A stretch of 64,000 nt of DNA, from the NCBI GenBank assembly GCA_950097015.1, contig CATNEN010000004.1, positions 274,918 to 338,917 of the forward strand, read 5' to 3'. Positions 46,356 to 60,703 of the stretch are shown here, piece after piece; position 1 is the first letter of the stretch, and each line of letters opens with the position of its first letter. The notes under the pieces are model-generated. The model was given only the letters and a program-made list of their open reading frames with translations, had not been told where the DNA came from and did not search any database. The position numbers and the translations under genes were made by a program. Origin of the DNA: Macrostomum hystrix (lineage: Eukaryota; Animalia; Platyhelminthes).

Positions 46356-47395
46356 AACTGGGGGATCATGGTAAACTGGGGGATAATTGTCAACTGGGGG
46401 ATCATTGTCAACTGGAGGATCATTGTCAACTGGTGGATAATTGTCAACTGGGGGATAATTGTTAACTGGGGAATCATCATCAAATGGGGGATTATGGTCA
46501 ACTGGGGATCATCATCTATTGGGAGTCATCATCAAATGGGGGATAATAGTCAACTGAGAGATAATTGTCGACTGGGGGATCATTGTCAACTGGGGGATCA
46601 TTGTCAACTTGGGGATCATTGTCAACTGGGAGATCATTGTCAACTGGGGATCATCATCTATTGGGAGTCATCATCAAATGGGGGATAATAGTCAACTGAG
46701 AGATAATTGTCAACTGGGGGATCATTGTCAACTGGGGGATCATTGTCAACTTGGGGATCATTGTCAACTGGGAGATCATTGTCAACTGGGGATCATTGTC
46801 AACTGGGGGATCATTGTCAACTGGGGGATCATTGTCAACTGGGAGATCATTGTCAACTGGGGGATCATTGTCAACTGGGGGATCATTGTCAACTGGGGGA
46901 TCATTGTCAACTGGGGGATCATTGTCAACTGGGGATCATTGTCAACTGCGTGATCATCATCAACTGGGGCATCATTGTCAACTGTGGGAACATTGTCAAC
47001 TGGGGATCATCATCAATGGGGAGTCATCATTAACTGAGGGATCATCATCGATTGGGGGATTATTGTCAACTGGGGGATCATTGTCAACTTGCGGATCATT
47101 GTCAACTTGGGGATCATTGTCATGGTCAACTGGGGATCATCATCAATTGGGAGTCATCATCAAATGGGGGATCATAGTCAACTGAGAGATAATTGTCGAC
47201 TGGGGGATCATTGTCAACTGGGAGATCATTGTCAACTTTGGGATCATTCTCAACTGGGGGATCATTGTCAACTGGGGGTTCATTGTCAACTGGGGGATCA
47301 TTGTCAACTGGGGGATCATTGTCAACTGGGGGATCATCATCAACTGGGAGAGCATCATCAACGGGGGGATCATTGTCAACTGGGGGTTCATTGTA
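46355..47395. repeat. 18-bp minisatellite (GGGGGATCATTGTCAACT)n; also at about 42345-43395, 49375-50410, 56985-58020, 59570-60630, 61985-63390
   Basis: Tandem units read directly; the GGSLST/GDHCQL/GIIVNW ORF repeats are its three frames. Confidence 0.95.
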
Positions 47396-47846
47396 GCTTT
47401 AAAAAGCTGTAAATTCAGCTGCTAAAAAGTATATACTAGACGAATTAAAAGTATTTCTGCTCCCCGAAGGGGGGCAAAACTTGCTATCTAATATACTAAA
47501 AATGAAAATCTTGCTTGCTTGCTTGTAATTGATTTTCTCCCGAACGGCTCAACCGATTTTCACAATTTCTTCACCAAAAGATGCCAAATATGGGGACACA
47601 TATACACGTATTTTTATTAAGCTTAATTCCATTGCCAAGGGGATTAAATATTCGAAAAACAGTTTTAAATAGGCCTTTCTAATGCATTCTTGTTTTCAGC
47701 TTGTGCACAGTGAGGCCTCCAGTGCCAAATTTAATGATTGCATCAGAGCCAGTTCTGATAACGCACGCGCGTACTGATAAGAACTCACAGAGAGGCTACC
47801 CAGAGGGTAGCGAAGGGCAGCTAGTCCTTTATTATTATTTTTTTTT

Positions 47847-50505
47847 TTTATATACTAAAATTCAAAACTATATTTCTATCTATCTATCTATATATATATA
47901 CGAAAAATTGATTTTCTCCCGAACGGCTCAACCGATTTTCACCATTTCTTCACCAAAAGATGCCAAATATGGGGACAATTATACACGTATTTTTATTAAG
48001 CTTAACTTTATTGCTAAGGGGATTAAATATTCGAAAAACATGATTTTTCAAAGGTCAAACCATCTTGGCCTATTGAGAATTTCACTGACAGCCACTGAGT
48101 TAGAATTGCATCGTCGAATTGCGCAACAACCCCTAGCTGATTGAATTTGAAGCCTGCACTCTGGAGACAAATTAGAAATAAATGTACACAACCAACCGCG
48201 AGACTGAGTGTACTCTATTTTCTCACTTTGTTGTACAAAGCCAGAACTTTGAGAATTCATTTTATAAGGCTGATTTCTGCACCCACTAACCAACAGTCGG
48301 AATAGCCGATGTGTAGGCACGAGGAATAAGTTAGGCTAGGCTAGGGTTCGATTCTGCACTGCGTCAAATCATTTAGACTAATTTTCAGCCAGTAGTGATT
48401 GAAGACTATTTTAATTTATTTTTTTCATTTCGTAAATAAAATATTATAAACCATAGAAAATCTGAGTTTGAATCATTGCAAAAATAGAGTTTGAATCATG
48501 GCTAAACCAGAGTCTGAATCATGGCTAAACCAGAGTCTGAATTATGGCTAAACCATAATATGAATCATTGCTAAACCAGAGTCTGAATCATGTCTAAACC
48601 AGCGTTTGAATCATGGCTAAACCATAGTATGAATCATGGCTAAACCAGAGTCTGAATCATGGCTAAACCAGCGTCTGAATCATGGCTAACCCAGCGTTTG
48701 AATCATGGCTAAACCAGAGTTTGAATCATGGCTAAACCAGATCTTGAATCATGGCTAAACCAGAGCTTGAATCATGGCTAAACAAGAGTTTGAATCATGG
48801 CTAAACCAGAGTTTGAATCATGGCTAAACCAGAGTTTGAATCATGGCTAAACTATGGCTTGAATCATAGCCAGCCAGAGTTCAAGCTAAACCAGAGCTTG
48901 AATCATGGCTAAACCGGAGTTTGAATCATGGCTAAACCGGAGTTTGAATCATTGCTAAACCAGAGTTTGAATCATGGCTGAACCAAAGTCTGAATCATGG
49001 CTAAACCAGAGTTTGAATCATGGCTAAACCAGAGCTTGAATCATGGCTAAACCGGAGTCTGAATCATGGCTAAACCAGAGCTTGAATCATGGCTAAACAA
49101 GAGTTTGAATCATGGCTAAACTAGAGTTTGAATCATGGCTAAACCAGCGTCTGAATGATGGCTAAACCAGAGTTTGAATCATGGCTAAACCAGAGTCTGA
49201 ACCATACATAGCTAAACCAGCGTCTGAATCATGGCTGAACCAGCGTTTGAATCATTGCTAAACCATAGCTTGAATCATAGCCAGCCAGAGTTCAAGCTAA
49301 ACCAGAGCTTCAATCATGGCTAAACCAGAGCTTGAATCATGGCTAAACAAGAGTTAGAATCATGGCTAAACCAGAACTGGGGGATCATGGTAAACTGGGG
49401 GATAATTGTCAACTGGGGGATCATTGTCAACTGGAGGATCATTGTCAACTGGTGGATAATTGTCAACTGGGGGATAATTGTTAACTGGGGAATCATCATC
49501 AAATGGGGGATTATGGTCAACTGGGGATCATCATCTATTGGGAGTCATCATCAAATGGGGGATAATAGTCAACTGAGAGATAATTGTCGACTGGGGGATC
49601 ATTGTCAACTGGGGGATCATTGTCAACTTGGGGATCATTGTCAACTGGGAGATCATTGTCAACTGGGGATCATCATCTATTGGGAGTCATCATCAAATGG
49701 GGGATAATAGTCAACTGAGAGATAATTGTCAACTGGGGGATCATTGTCAACTGGGGGATCATTGTCAACTTGGGGATCATTGTCAACTGGGAGATCATTG
49801 TCAACTGGGGATCATTGTCAACTGGGGGATCATTGTCAACTGGGGGATCATTGTCAACTGGGAGATCATTGTCAACTGGGGGATCATTGTCAACTGGGGG
49901 ATCATTGTCAACTGGGGGATCATTGTCAACTGGGGGATCATTGTCAACTGGGGATCATTGTCAACTGCGTGATCATCATCAACTGGGGCATCATTGTCAA
50001 CTGTGGGAACATTGTCAACTGGGGATCATCATCAATGGGGAGTCATCATTAACTGAGGGATCATCATCGATTGGGGGATTATTGTCAACTGGGGGATCAT
50101 TGTCAACTTGCGGATCATTGTCAACTTGGGGATCATTGTCATGGTCAACTGGGGATCATCATCAATTGGGAGTCATCATCAAATGGGGGATCATAGTCAA
50201 CTGAGAGATAATTGTCGACTGGGGGATCATTGTCAACTGGGAGATCATTGTCAACTTTGGGATCATTCTCAACTGGGGGATCATTGTCAACTGGGGGTTC
50301 ATTGTCAACTGGGGGATCATTGTCAACTGGGGGATCATTGTCAACTGGGGGATCATCATCAACTGGGAGAGCATCATCAACGGGGGGATCATTGTCAACT
50401 GGGGGTTCATTGTAGCTTTAAAAAGCTGTAAATTCAGCTGCTAAAAAGTATATACTAGACGAATTAAAAGTATTTCTGCTCCCCGAAGGGGGGCAAAACT
50501 TGCTA
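47847..50505 (+). mobile_element. Long Helitron, copy 3 (variant head)
   Basis: TTTATATACTAAAATTC head; followed by short Helitrons at 50506-50843 and 50866-51192. Confidence 0.82.
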
Positions 50506-51192
50506 TCTAATATACTAAAAATGAAAATCTTGCTTGCTTGCTTGTAATTGATTTTCTCCCGAACGGCTCAACCGATTTTCACAATTTCTTCACCAAAAGA
50601 TGCCAAATATGGGGACACATATACACGTATTTTTATTAAGCTTAATTCCATTGCCAAGGGGATTAAATATTCGAAAAACAGTTTTAAATAGGCCTTTCTA
50701 ATGCATTCTTGTTTTCAGCTTGTGCACAGTGAGGCCTCCAGTGCCAAATTTAATGATTGCATCAGAGCCAGTTCTGATAACGCACGCGCGTACTGATAAG
50801 AACTCACAGAGAGGCTACCCAGAGGGTAGCGAAGGGCAGCTAGTCCTTTATTATTATTTTTTTTTTCTAATATACTAAAAATGAAAATCTTGCTTGCTTG
50901 TTCGTAATTGATTTTCTCCCGAACGGCTCAACCAATTTTCACCATTTCTTCACCAAAAGATGCCAAATATGGGGACAACTATACACGTATTTTTATTAAG
51001 CTTAATTCCATTGCCAAGGGGATTAAATATTCAAAAAACAGTTTTAAATAGGCTTTTCTAATGCATTCTTGTTTTCAGCTTGTGCACAGTGAGGCTCCAG
51101 TGCCAACTTTAATGATTGCATCAGAGCCAGTTTTGATAACGAACTGATAAGAACTCCAGTGAGGCTACCCAGAGGGTAGCGAAGGCAGCTAG

Positions 51193-53994
51193 TTTATATA
51201 CTAAAATTCAAAACTATATTTCTATCTATCTATCTATATATATATACGAAAAATTGATTTTCTCCCGAACGGCTCAACCGATTTTCACCATTTCTTCACC
51301 AAAAGATGCCAAATATGGGGACAATTATACACGTATTTTTATTAAGCTTAACTTTATTGCTAAGGGGATTAAATATTCGAAAAACATGATTTTTCAAAGG
51401 TCAAACCATCTTGGCCTATTGAGAATTTCACTGACAGCCACTGAGTTAGAATTGCATCGTCGAATTGCGCAACAACCCCTAGCTGATTGAATTTGAAGCC
51501 TGCACTCTGGAGACAAATTAGAAATAAATGTACACAACCAACCGCGAGACTGAGTGTACTCTATTTTCTCACTTTGTTGTACAAAGCCAGAACTTTGAGA
51601 ATTCATTTTATAAGGCTGATTTCTGCACCCACTAACCAACAGTCGGAATAGCCGATGTGTAGGCACGAGGAATAAGTTAGGCTAGGCTAGGGTTCGATTC
51701 TGCACTGCGTCAAATCTAATATACTAAAAATGAAAATCTTGCTTGCTTGTATGTTTGCAATCGACTAGCTCCCAAACGGCTCAACCGATTTTCGCAATTC
51801 CTTCGCCAAAAGATCGCAAATGGGCCGGAATCGGTACACGTAATTTTATTAAGCTTAATTCCATTGGCAAGGGGATTAAATATTCGAAAAACAGTTTTAA
51901 ATAGGCTTTTCTAATGCATTCTTGTTTTCAGCTTGTGCACAGTGAGGCTCCAGTGCCAACTTTAATGATTGCATCAGAGCCAGTTTTGATAACGAACTGA
52001 TAAGAACTCCAGTGAGGCTACCCAGAGGGTAGCGAAGGCAGCTAGTCATTTAGACTAATTTTCAGCCAGTAGTGATTGAAGACTATTTTAATTTATTTTT
52101 TTCATTTCGTAAATAAAATATTATAATTTATATACTAAAATTCAAAACTATATTTCTATCTATCTATCTATATATATATACGAAAAATTGATTTTCTCCC
52201 GAACGGCTCAACCGATTTTCACCATTTCTTCACCAAAAGATGCCAAATATGGGGACAATTATACACGTATTTTTATTAAGCTTAACTTTATTGCTAAGGG
52301 GATTAAATATTCGAAAAACATGATTTTTCAAAGGTCAAACCATCTTGGCCTATTGAGAATTTCACTGACAGCCACTGAGTTAGAATTGCATCGTCGAATT
52401 GCGCAACAACCCCTAGCTGATTGAATTTGAAGCCTGCACTCTGGAGACAAATTAGAAATAAATGTACACAACCAACCGCGAGACTGAGTGTACTCTATTT
52501 TCTCACTTTGTTGTACAAAGCCAGAACTTTGAGAATTCATTTTATAAGGCTGATTTCTGCACCCACTAACCAACAGTCGGAATAGCCGATGTGTAGGCAC
52601 GAGGAATAAGTTAGGCTAGGCTAGGGTTCGATTCTGCACTGCGTCAAATCTAATATACTAAAAATGAAAATCTTGCTTGCTTGTATGTTTGCAATCGACT
52701 AGCTCCCAAACGGCTCAACCGATTTTCGCAATTCCTTCGCCAAAAGATCGCAAATGGGCCGGAATCGGTACACGTAATTTTATTAAGCTTAATTCCATTG
52801 GCAAGGGGATTAAATATTCGAAAAACAGTTTTAAATAGGCTTTTCTAATGCATTCTTGTTTTCAGCTTGTGCACAGTGAGGCTCCAGTGCCAACTTTAAT
52901 GATTGCATCAGAGCCAGTTTTGATAACGAACTGATAAGAACTCCAGTGAGGCTACCCAGAGGGTAGCGAAGGCAGCTAGTCATTTAGACTAATTTTCAGC
53001 CAGTAGTGATTGAAGACTATTTTAATTTATTTTTTTCATTTCGTAAATAAAATATTATAATTTATATACTAAAATTCAAAACTATATTTCTATCTATCTA
53101 TCTATATATATATACGAAAAATTGATTTTCTCCCGAACGGCTCAACCGATTTTCACCATTTCTTCACCAAAAGATGCCAAATATGGGGACAATTATACAC
53201 GTATTTTTATTAAGCTTAACTTTATTGCTAAGGGGATTAAATATTCGAAAAACATGATTTTTCAAAGGTCAAACCATCTTGGCCTATTGAGAATTTCACT
53301 GACAGCCACTGAGTTAGAATTGCATCGTCGAATTGCGCAACAACCCCTAGCTGATTGAATTTGAAGCCTGCACTCTGGAGACAAATTAGAAATAAATGTA
53401 CACAACCAACCGCGAGACTGAGTGTACTCTATTTTCTCACTTTGTTGTACAAAGCCAGAACTTTGAGAATTCATTTTATAAGGCTGATTTCTGCACCCAC
53501 TAACCAACAGTCGGAATAGCCGATGTGTAGGCACGAGGAATAAGTTAGGCTAGGCTAGGGTTCGATTCTGCACTGCGTCAAATCTAATATACTAAAAATG
53601 AAAATCTTGCTTGCTTGTTTGCAATCGACTAGCTCCCGAACGGCTCAACCGATTTTCACAATTCCTTCGCCAAAAGATCACAATTGGGCCGGAATCGGTA
53701 CACGTAATTTTATTAAGCTTAATTCCATTGGCAAGGGGATTAAATATTCGAAAAACAGTTTTAAATAGGCTTTTCTAATGCATTCTTGTTTTCAGCTTGT
53801 GCACAGTGAGGCTCCAGTGCCAACTTTAATGATTGCATCAGAGCCAGTTTTGATAACGAACTGATAAGAACTCCAGTGAGGCTACCCAGAGGGTAGCGAA
53901 GGCAGCTAGTCATTTAGACTAATTTTCAGCCAGTAGTGATTGAAGACTATTTTAATTTATTTTTTTCATTTCGTAAATAAAATATTATAAACCA
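51193..53994 (+). repeat. 934-bp unit x3 (Helitron head with a nested short Helitron)
   Basis: Heads at 51193, 52127 and 53061. Short Helitrons at 51715-52045, 52649-52979 and 53583-53910 are inserted at GCGTCAAA|TCATTTAG. Confidence 0.88.
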
Positions 53995-56900
53995 TAGAAA
54001 ATCTGAGTTTGAATCATTGCAAAAATAGAGTTTGAATCATGGCTAAACCAGAGTCTGAATCATGGCTAAACCAGAGTCTGAATTATGGCTAAACCATAAT
54101 ATGAATCATTGCTAAACCAGAGTCTGAATCATGTCTAAACCAGCGTTTGAATCATGGCTAAACCATAGTATGAATCATGGCTAAACCAGAGTCTGAATCA
54201 TGGCTAAACCAGCGTCTGAATCATGGCTAACCCAGCGTTTGAATCATGGCTAAACCAGAGTTTGAATCATGGCTAAACCAGATCTTGAATCATGGCTAAA
54301 CCAGAGCTTGAATCATGGCTAAACAAGAGTTTGAATCATGGCTAAACCAGAGTTTGAATCATGGCTAAACCAGAGTTTGAATCATGGCTAATGCAGAGTT
54401 TGAATCATGGCTAAACAAGAGTTTGAATCATGGCTAAACAAGAGTTTGAATCATGGCTAAACCAGAGCTTGAACATGGCTAAACCGGAGTTTGAATCATG
54501 GCTAAACCAGAGTTTGAATCATGGCTAATGCAGAGTTTGAATCATGGCTAAACAAGAGTTTCAATCATGGCTAAACAAGAGTTTGAATCATGGCTAAACA
54601 AGAGTTTGAATCATGGCTAAACTATGGCTTGAATCATAGCCAGCCAGAGTTCAAGCTAAACCAGAGCTTGAATCATGGCTAAACCGGAGTTTGAATCATG
54701 GCTAAACCAGAGTCTGAATCATGGCTAAACCAGCGTTTAAATCATGGCTAAACCAGAGCTTGAATCATGGCTAAACCAGAGCTTGAATCATGGCTAAACA
54801 AGAGTTAGAATCATGGCTAAACCGGAGTTTGAATCATGGCTAAACCAGAGCTTGAATCATGGCTAAACAAGAGTTTGAATCATGGCTAAACCAGAGTTTG
54901 AATCATGGCTAATGCAGAGTTTGAATCATGGCTAATGCAGAGTTTGAATCATGGCTAAACAAGAGTTTCAATCATGGCTAAACAAGAGTTTGAATCATGG
55001 CTAAACAAGAGTTTGAATCATGGCTAAACTATGGCTTGAATCATAGCCAGCCAGAGTTCAAGCTAAACCAGAGCTTGAATCATGGCTAAACCGGAGTTTG
55101 AATCATGGCTAAACCATCGTTTGAATCATGGCTAAACCAGCGTTTGAATCATGGCTAAACCAGAGCTTGAATCATGGCTAAACAAGAGCTTGAATCATGG
55201 CTAAACAAGAGTTAGAATCATGGCTAAACCGGAGTTTGAATCATGGCTAAACCAGAGCTTGAATCATGGCTAAACAAGAGTTTGAATCATGGCTAAACCA
55301 GAGCTTGAATCATGGCTAAACCGGAGTTTGAATCATGGCTAAACCAGAGTTTGAATCATGGCTAAACCAGCGTTTAAATCATGGCTAAACCAGAGCTTGA
55401 ATCATGGCTAAACCAGAGCTTGAATCATGGCTAAACAAGAGTTAGAATCATGGCTAAACCGGAGTTTGAATCATGGCTAAACCAGAGCTTGAATCATGGC
55501 TAAACAAGAGTTTGAATCATGGCTAAACCAGAGTTTGAATCATGGCTAATGCAGAGTTTGAATCATGGCTAAAACAGAGCTTGAATCATGGCTAAACCGG
55601 AGTTTGAATCATGGCTAATGCAGAGTTTGAATCATGGCTAAACCAGAGTTTGAATCATGGCTAATGCAGAGTTTGAATCATGGCTAAACAAGAGTTTCAA
55701 TCATGGCTAAACAAGAGTTTGAATCGTGGCTAAACAAGAGTTTGAATCATGGCTAAACCAGAGTTTGAATCATGGCTAAACCGGAGTTTGAATCATGGCT
55801 AAACCAGAGTTTGAATCATGGCTAAACCAGCGTTTGAATCATGGCTAATGCAGAGTTTGAATCATGGCTAAACAAGAGTTTCAATCATGGCTAAACAAGA
55901 GTTTGAATCATGGCTAAACAAGAGTTTGAATCATGGCTAAACTATGGCTTGAATCATAGCCAGCCAGAGTTCAAGCTAAACCAGAGCTTGAATCATGGCT
56001 AAACCGGAGTTTGAATCATGGCTAAACCAGAGTTTGAATCATGGCTAAACCAGCGTTTGAATCATGGCTAAACCAGAGCTTGAATCATGGCTAAACCAGA
56101 GCTTGAATCATGGCTAAACAAGAGTTAGAATCATGGCTAAACCGGAGTTTGAATCATGGCTAAACCAGCGTTTGAATCATGGCTAAACCAGAGCTTGAAT
56201 TATGGCTAAACCAGAGCTTGAATCATGGCTAAACAAGAGTTAGAATCATGGCTAAACCGGAGTTTGAATCATGGCTAAACCGGAGTTTGAATCATGGCTA
56301 AACCAGCGTTTGAATCATGGCTAAACAAGAGTTTGAATCATGGCTAAACCAGAGCTTGAATCATGGCTAAACAAGAGTTTGAATCATGGCTAAACAAGAG
56401 TTTCAATCATGGCTAAAAAAGAGTTTGAATCATGGCTAAACAAGAGTTTGAATCATGGCTAAACTATGGCTTGAATCATAGCCAGCCAGAGTTCAAGCTA
56501 AACCAGAGCTTGAATCATGGCTAAACCGGAGTTTGAATCATGGCTAAACCGGAGTTTGAATCATTGCTAAACCAGAGTTTGAATCATGGCTGAACCAAAG
56601 TCTGAATCATGGCTAAACCAGAGTTTGAATCATGGCTAAACCAGAGCTTGAATCATGGCTAAACCGGAGTCTGAATCATGGCTAAACCAGAGCTTGAATC
56701 ATGGCTAAACAAGAGTTTGAATCATGGCTAAACTAGAGTTTGAATCATGGCTAAACCAGCGTCTGAATGATGGCTAAACCAGAGTTTGAATCATGGCTAA
56801 ACCAGAGTCTGAACCATAGCTAAACCAGCGTCTGAATCATGGCTGAACCAGCGTTTGAATCATTGCTAAACCATAGCTTGAATCATAGCCAGCCAGAGTT

Positions 56901-58113
56901 CAAGCTAAACCAGAGCTTCAATCATGGCTAAACCAGAGCTTGAATCATGGCTAAACAAGAGTTAGAATCATGGCTAAACCAGAACTGGGGGATCATGGTA
57001 AACTGGGGGATAATTGTCAACTGGGGGATCATTGTCAACTGGAGGATCATTGTCAACTGGTGGATAATTGTCAACTGGGGGATAATTGTTAACTGGGGAA
57101 TCATCATCAAATGGGGGATTATGGTCAACTGGGGATCATCATCTATTGGGAGTCATCATCAAATGGGGGATAATAGTCAACTGAGAGATAATTGTCGACT
57201 GGGGGATCATTGTCAACTGGGGGATCATTGTCAACTTGGGGATCATTGTCAACTGGGAGATCATTGTCAACTGGGGATCATCATCTATTGGGAGTCATCA
57301 TCAAATGGGGGATAATAGTCAACTGAGAGATAATTGTCAACTGGGGGATCATTGTCAACTGGGGGATCATTGTCAACTTGGGGATCATTGTCAACTGGGA
57401 GATCATTGTCAACTGGGGATCATTGTCAACTGGGGGATCATTGTCAACTGGGGGATCATTGTCAACTGGGAGATCATTGTCAACTGGGGGATCATTGTCA
57501 ACTGGGGGATCATTGTCAACTGGGGGATCATTGTCAACTGGGGGATCATTGTCAACTGGGGATCATTGTCAACTGCGTGATCATCATCAACTGGGGCATC
57601 ATTGTCAACTGTGGGAACATTGTCAACTGGGGATCATCATCAATGGGGAGTCATCATTAACTGAGGGATCATCATCGATTGGGGGATTATTGTCAACTGG
57701 GGGATCATTGTCAACTTGCGGATCATTGTCAACTTGGGGATCATTGTCATGGTCAACTGGGGATCATCATCAATTGGGAGTCATCATCAAATGGGGGATC
57801 ATAGTCAACTGAGAGATAATTGTCGACTGGGGGATCATTGTCAACTGGGAGATCATTGTCAACTTTGGGATCATTCTCAACTGGGGGATCATTGTCAACT
57901 GGGGGTTCATTGTCAACTGGGGGATCATTGTCAACTGGGGGATCATTGTCAACTGGGGGATCATCATCAACTGGGAGAGCATCATCAACGGGGGGATCAT
58001 TGTCAACTGGGGGTTCATTGTAGCTTTAAAAAGCTGTAAATTCAGCTGCTAAAAAGTATATACTAGACGAATTAAAAGTATTTCTGCTCCCCGAAGGGGG
58101 GCAAAACTTGCTA
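53061..58113 (+). mobile_element. Long Helitron, copy 4 (about 3-kb 23-bp array)
   Basis: Same internal sequence; followed by a short Helitron at 58114-58451. Confidence 0.82.
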
Positions 58114-58473
58114 TCTAATATACTAAAAATGAAAATCTTGCTTGCTTGCTTGTAATTGATTTTCTCCCGAACGGCTCAACCGATTTTCACAATTTCTTCA
58201 CCAAAAGATGCCAAATATGGGGACACATATACACGTATTTTTATTAAGCTTAATTCCATTGCCAAGGGGATTAAATATTCGAAAAACAGTTTTAAATAGG
58301 CCTTTCTAATGCATTCTTGTTTTCAGCTTGTGCACAGTGAGGCCTCCAGTGCCAAATTTAATGATTGCATCAGAGCCAGTTCTGATAACGCACGCGCGTA
58401 CTGATAAGAACTCACAGAGAGGCTACCCAGAGGGTAGCGAAGGGCAGCTAGTCCTTTATTATTATTTTTTTTT

Positions 58474-60681
58474 TTTATATACTAAAATTCAAAACTATAT
58501 TTCTATCTATCTATCTATATATATATACGAAAAATTGATTTTCTCCCGAACGGCTCAACCGATTTTCACCATTTCTTCACCAAAAGATGCCAAATATGGG
58601 GACAATTATACACGTATTTTTATTAAGCTTAACTTTATTGCTAAGGGGATTAAATATTCGAAAAACATGATTTTTCAAAGGTCAAACCATCTTGGCCTAT
58701 TGAGAATTTCACTGACAGCCACTGAGTTAGAATTGCATCGTCGAATTGCGCAACAACCCCTAGCTGATTGAATTTGAAGCCTGCACTCTGGAGACAAATT
58801 AGAAATAAATGTACACAACCAACCGCGAGACTGAGTGTACTCTATTTTCTTACTTCATTGTACAAAGCCAGAACTTTGAAAATTCATTTTATAAGGCTGA
58901 TTTTTGCACCCACTAACCAAAAGTCGGAATAGCCGATGTGTAGGCACCAGGAATAAGTTAGGCTAGGCTAGGGTTCGATTCTGCACTGCGTCAAATCATT
59001 TAGACTAATTTTCAGCCAGTAGTGATTGAAGATTATTTTAATTTATTTTTTTCATTTCGTAAATAAAAAATCATAAATCATAGCAAATCTGAGTTTGAAT
59101 CATGGCTAAACCAGATTTTGAATCATGGCTAAATCAGAGTTTGAATCATGGCAAAGCCAGAGTTTGAATCATAGCTAACTAGAGTTTGAATCAAGGCTAA
59201 ACCAGAGTTTGAATCATGGCTAACCCAGAGTTTGAATCATGGCTAAACCAGAGTTTGAATCATGGTAAAGCCAGAGTTTGAATCATAGCTAACTAGAGTT
59301 TGAATCAAGGCTAAACCAGAGTTTGAATCATGGCTAAACCAGAGTCTGAATCATGGCTAAACCAGGGTTTGAATCATAGCTAAACCAGAGTCTGAATCAT
59401 GGCTAAACCAGGGTTTGAATGAAGGCAAAAAATTTTTTTTGTCATTGTATCGAATTCTCTAACTTTTGATTTTGTTATCTTATAACATCATAATGATATT
59501 CAATTAATTCATTTATTTGTTGTTCTCAATTTTCTACAAAAGCAGCTAATATAAATATTCAACTGGCAAAAATTGTCAACTGAGGATCATTATCAATAGG
59601 GAGTAATCATCAAATGAGGGATCATGGTCAACTGGGGGATCATCATCAATGGGGATTGTCATCAAATCTGGGATCATGGTCAACTGGGGGATCATTATCA
59701 ATGGGGATTGTCATCAAATCTGGGATCATTGTCAACTGGGGGATCATTGTCAACGGGGGGAACATTGTCAACTGGGGATCATCATCAATGGGGATTATCA
59801 TCAAATCGGGGATCATGGTCAAATGGGGGATCATCATCAACTGGGGGATCATTGTCAACGGGGGGAACATTGTCCACTGGGGATCATCATCAATGGGGAT
59901 TGTCATCAAATCTGGGATCATTGTCAACTGGGGGATCATTGTCAACGGGGGGAACATTGTCAACTGGGGGATCATTGTCAACTGGGGATCATCATCAATG
60001 GGGATTATCATCAAATAGGGGATCATGGTCAACTGGGGGATCATGGTCAACTGGGGGATCATGGTCAACTGGGGGATCATTGTCAACTGGGGATCATTGT
60101 CATCTGGGGATCATTTTCAACTGGGGATCATTGTCAACGGGGGGAACATTGTCAACTGGTGATCATCATCAATGGGGATTATCATCAAATAGGGAATCAT
60201 GGTCAACTGGGGGATCATGGTCAACTGGGGGATCATGGTCAACTGGGGGATCATTGTCAACTGGGGATCATTGTCATCTGGGGGATCATTTTCAACTGGG
60301 GGATCATTGTCTACTGGGGATCATGGTCAACTGGGGATCATTGTCAACTGGGGGATCATCATCAACTGGGGGATCATTGTCAACGGGGGGAACATTGTCA
60401 ACTGGGGATCATCATCAATGGGGATTGTCATCAAATCTGGGATCATTGTCAACTGGGGGATCATTGTCAACGGGGGGGAACATTGTCAACTGGGGGATCA
60501 TTGTCAACTGGGGATCATCATCAATGGGGATTATCATCAAATAGGGGATCATGGTCAACTGGGGGATCATGGTCAACTGGGGGATCATGGTCAACTGGGG
60601 GATCATGGTCAACTGGGGGATCATTGTCAACTGATAAGAACTCACAGAGAGGCTACCCAGAGGGTAGCGAAGGGCAGCTAG
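58474..60681 (+). mobile_element. Long Helitron, copy 5, with the short-type 3' end
   Basis: The 18-bp array joins directly to CTGATAAGAACTCACAG...GCTACCCAGAGGGTAGC...CTAG. Confidence 0.8.
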
Positions 60682-60703
60682 TCCTTTATTATTATTATTT
60701 TTT

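Larger units (their letters stand above)
43490..47486 (+). mobile_element. Long Helitron, copy 2 (ends CTA)
   Basis: Head-to-tail with copy 1; expanded 23-bp array; followed by a short Helitron at 47487-47824. Confidence 0.85.
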
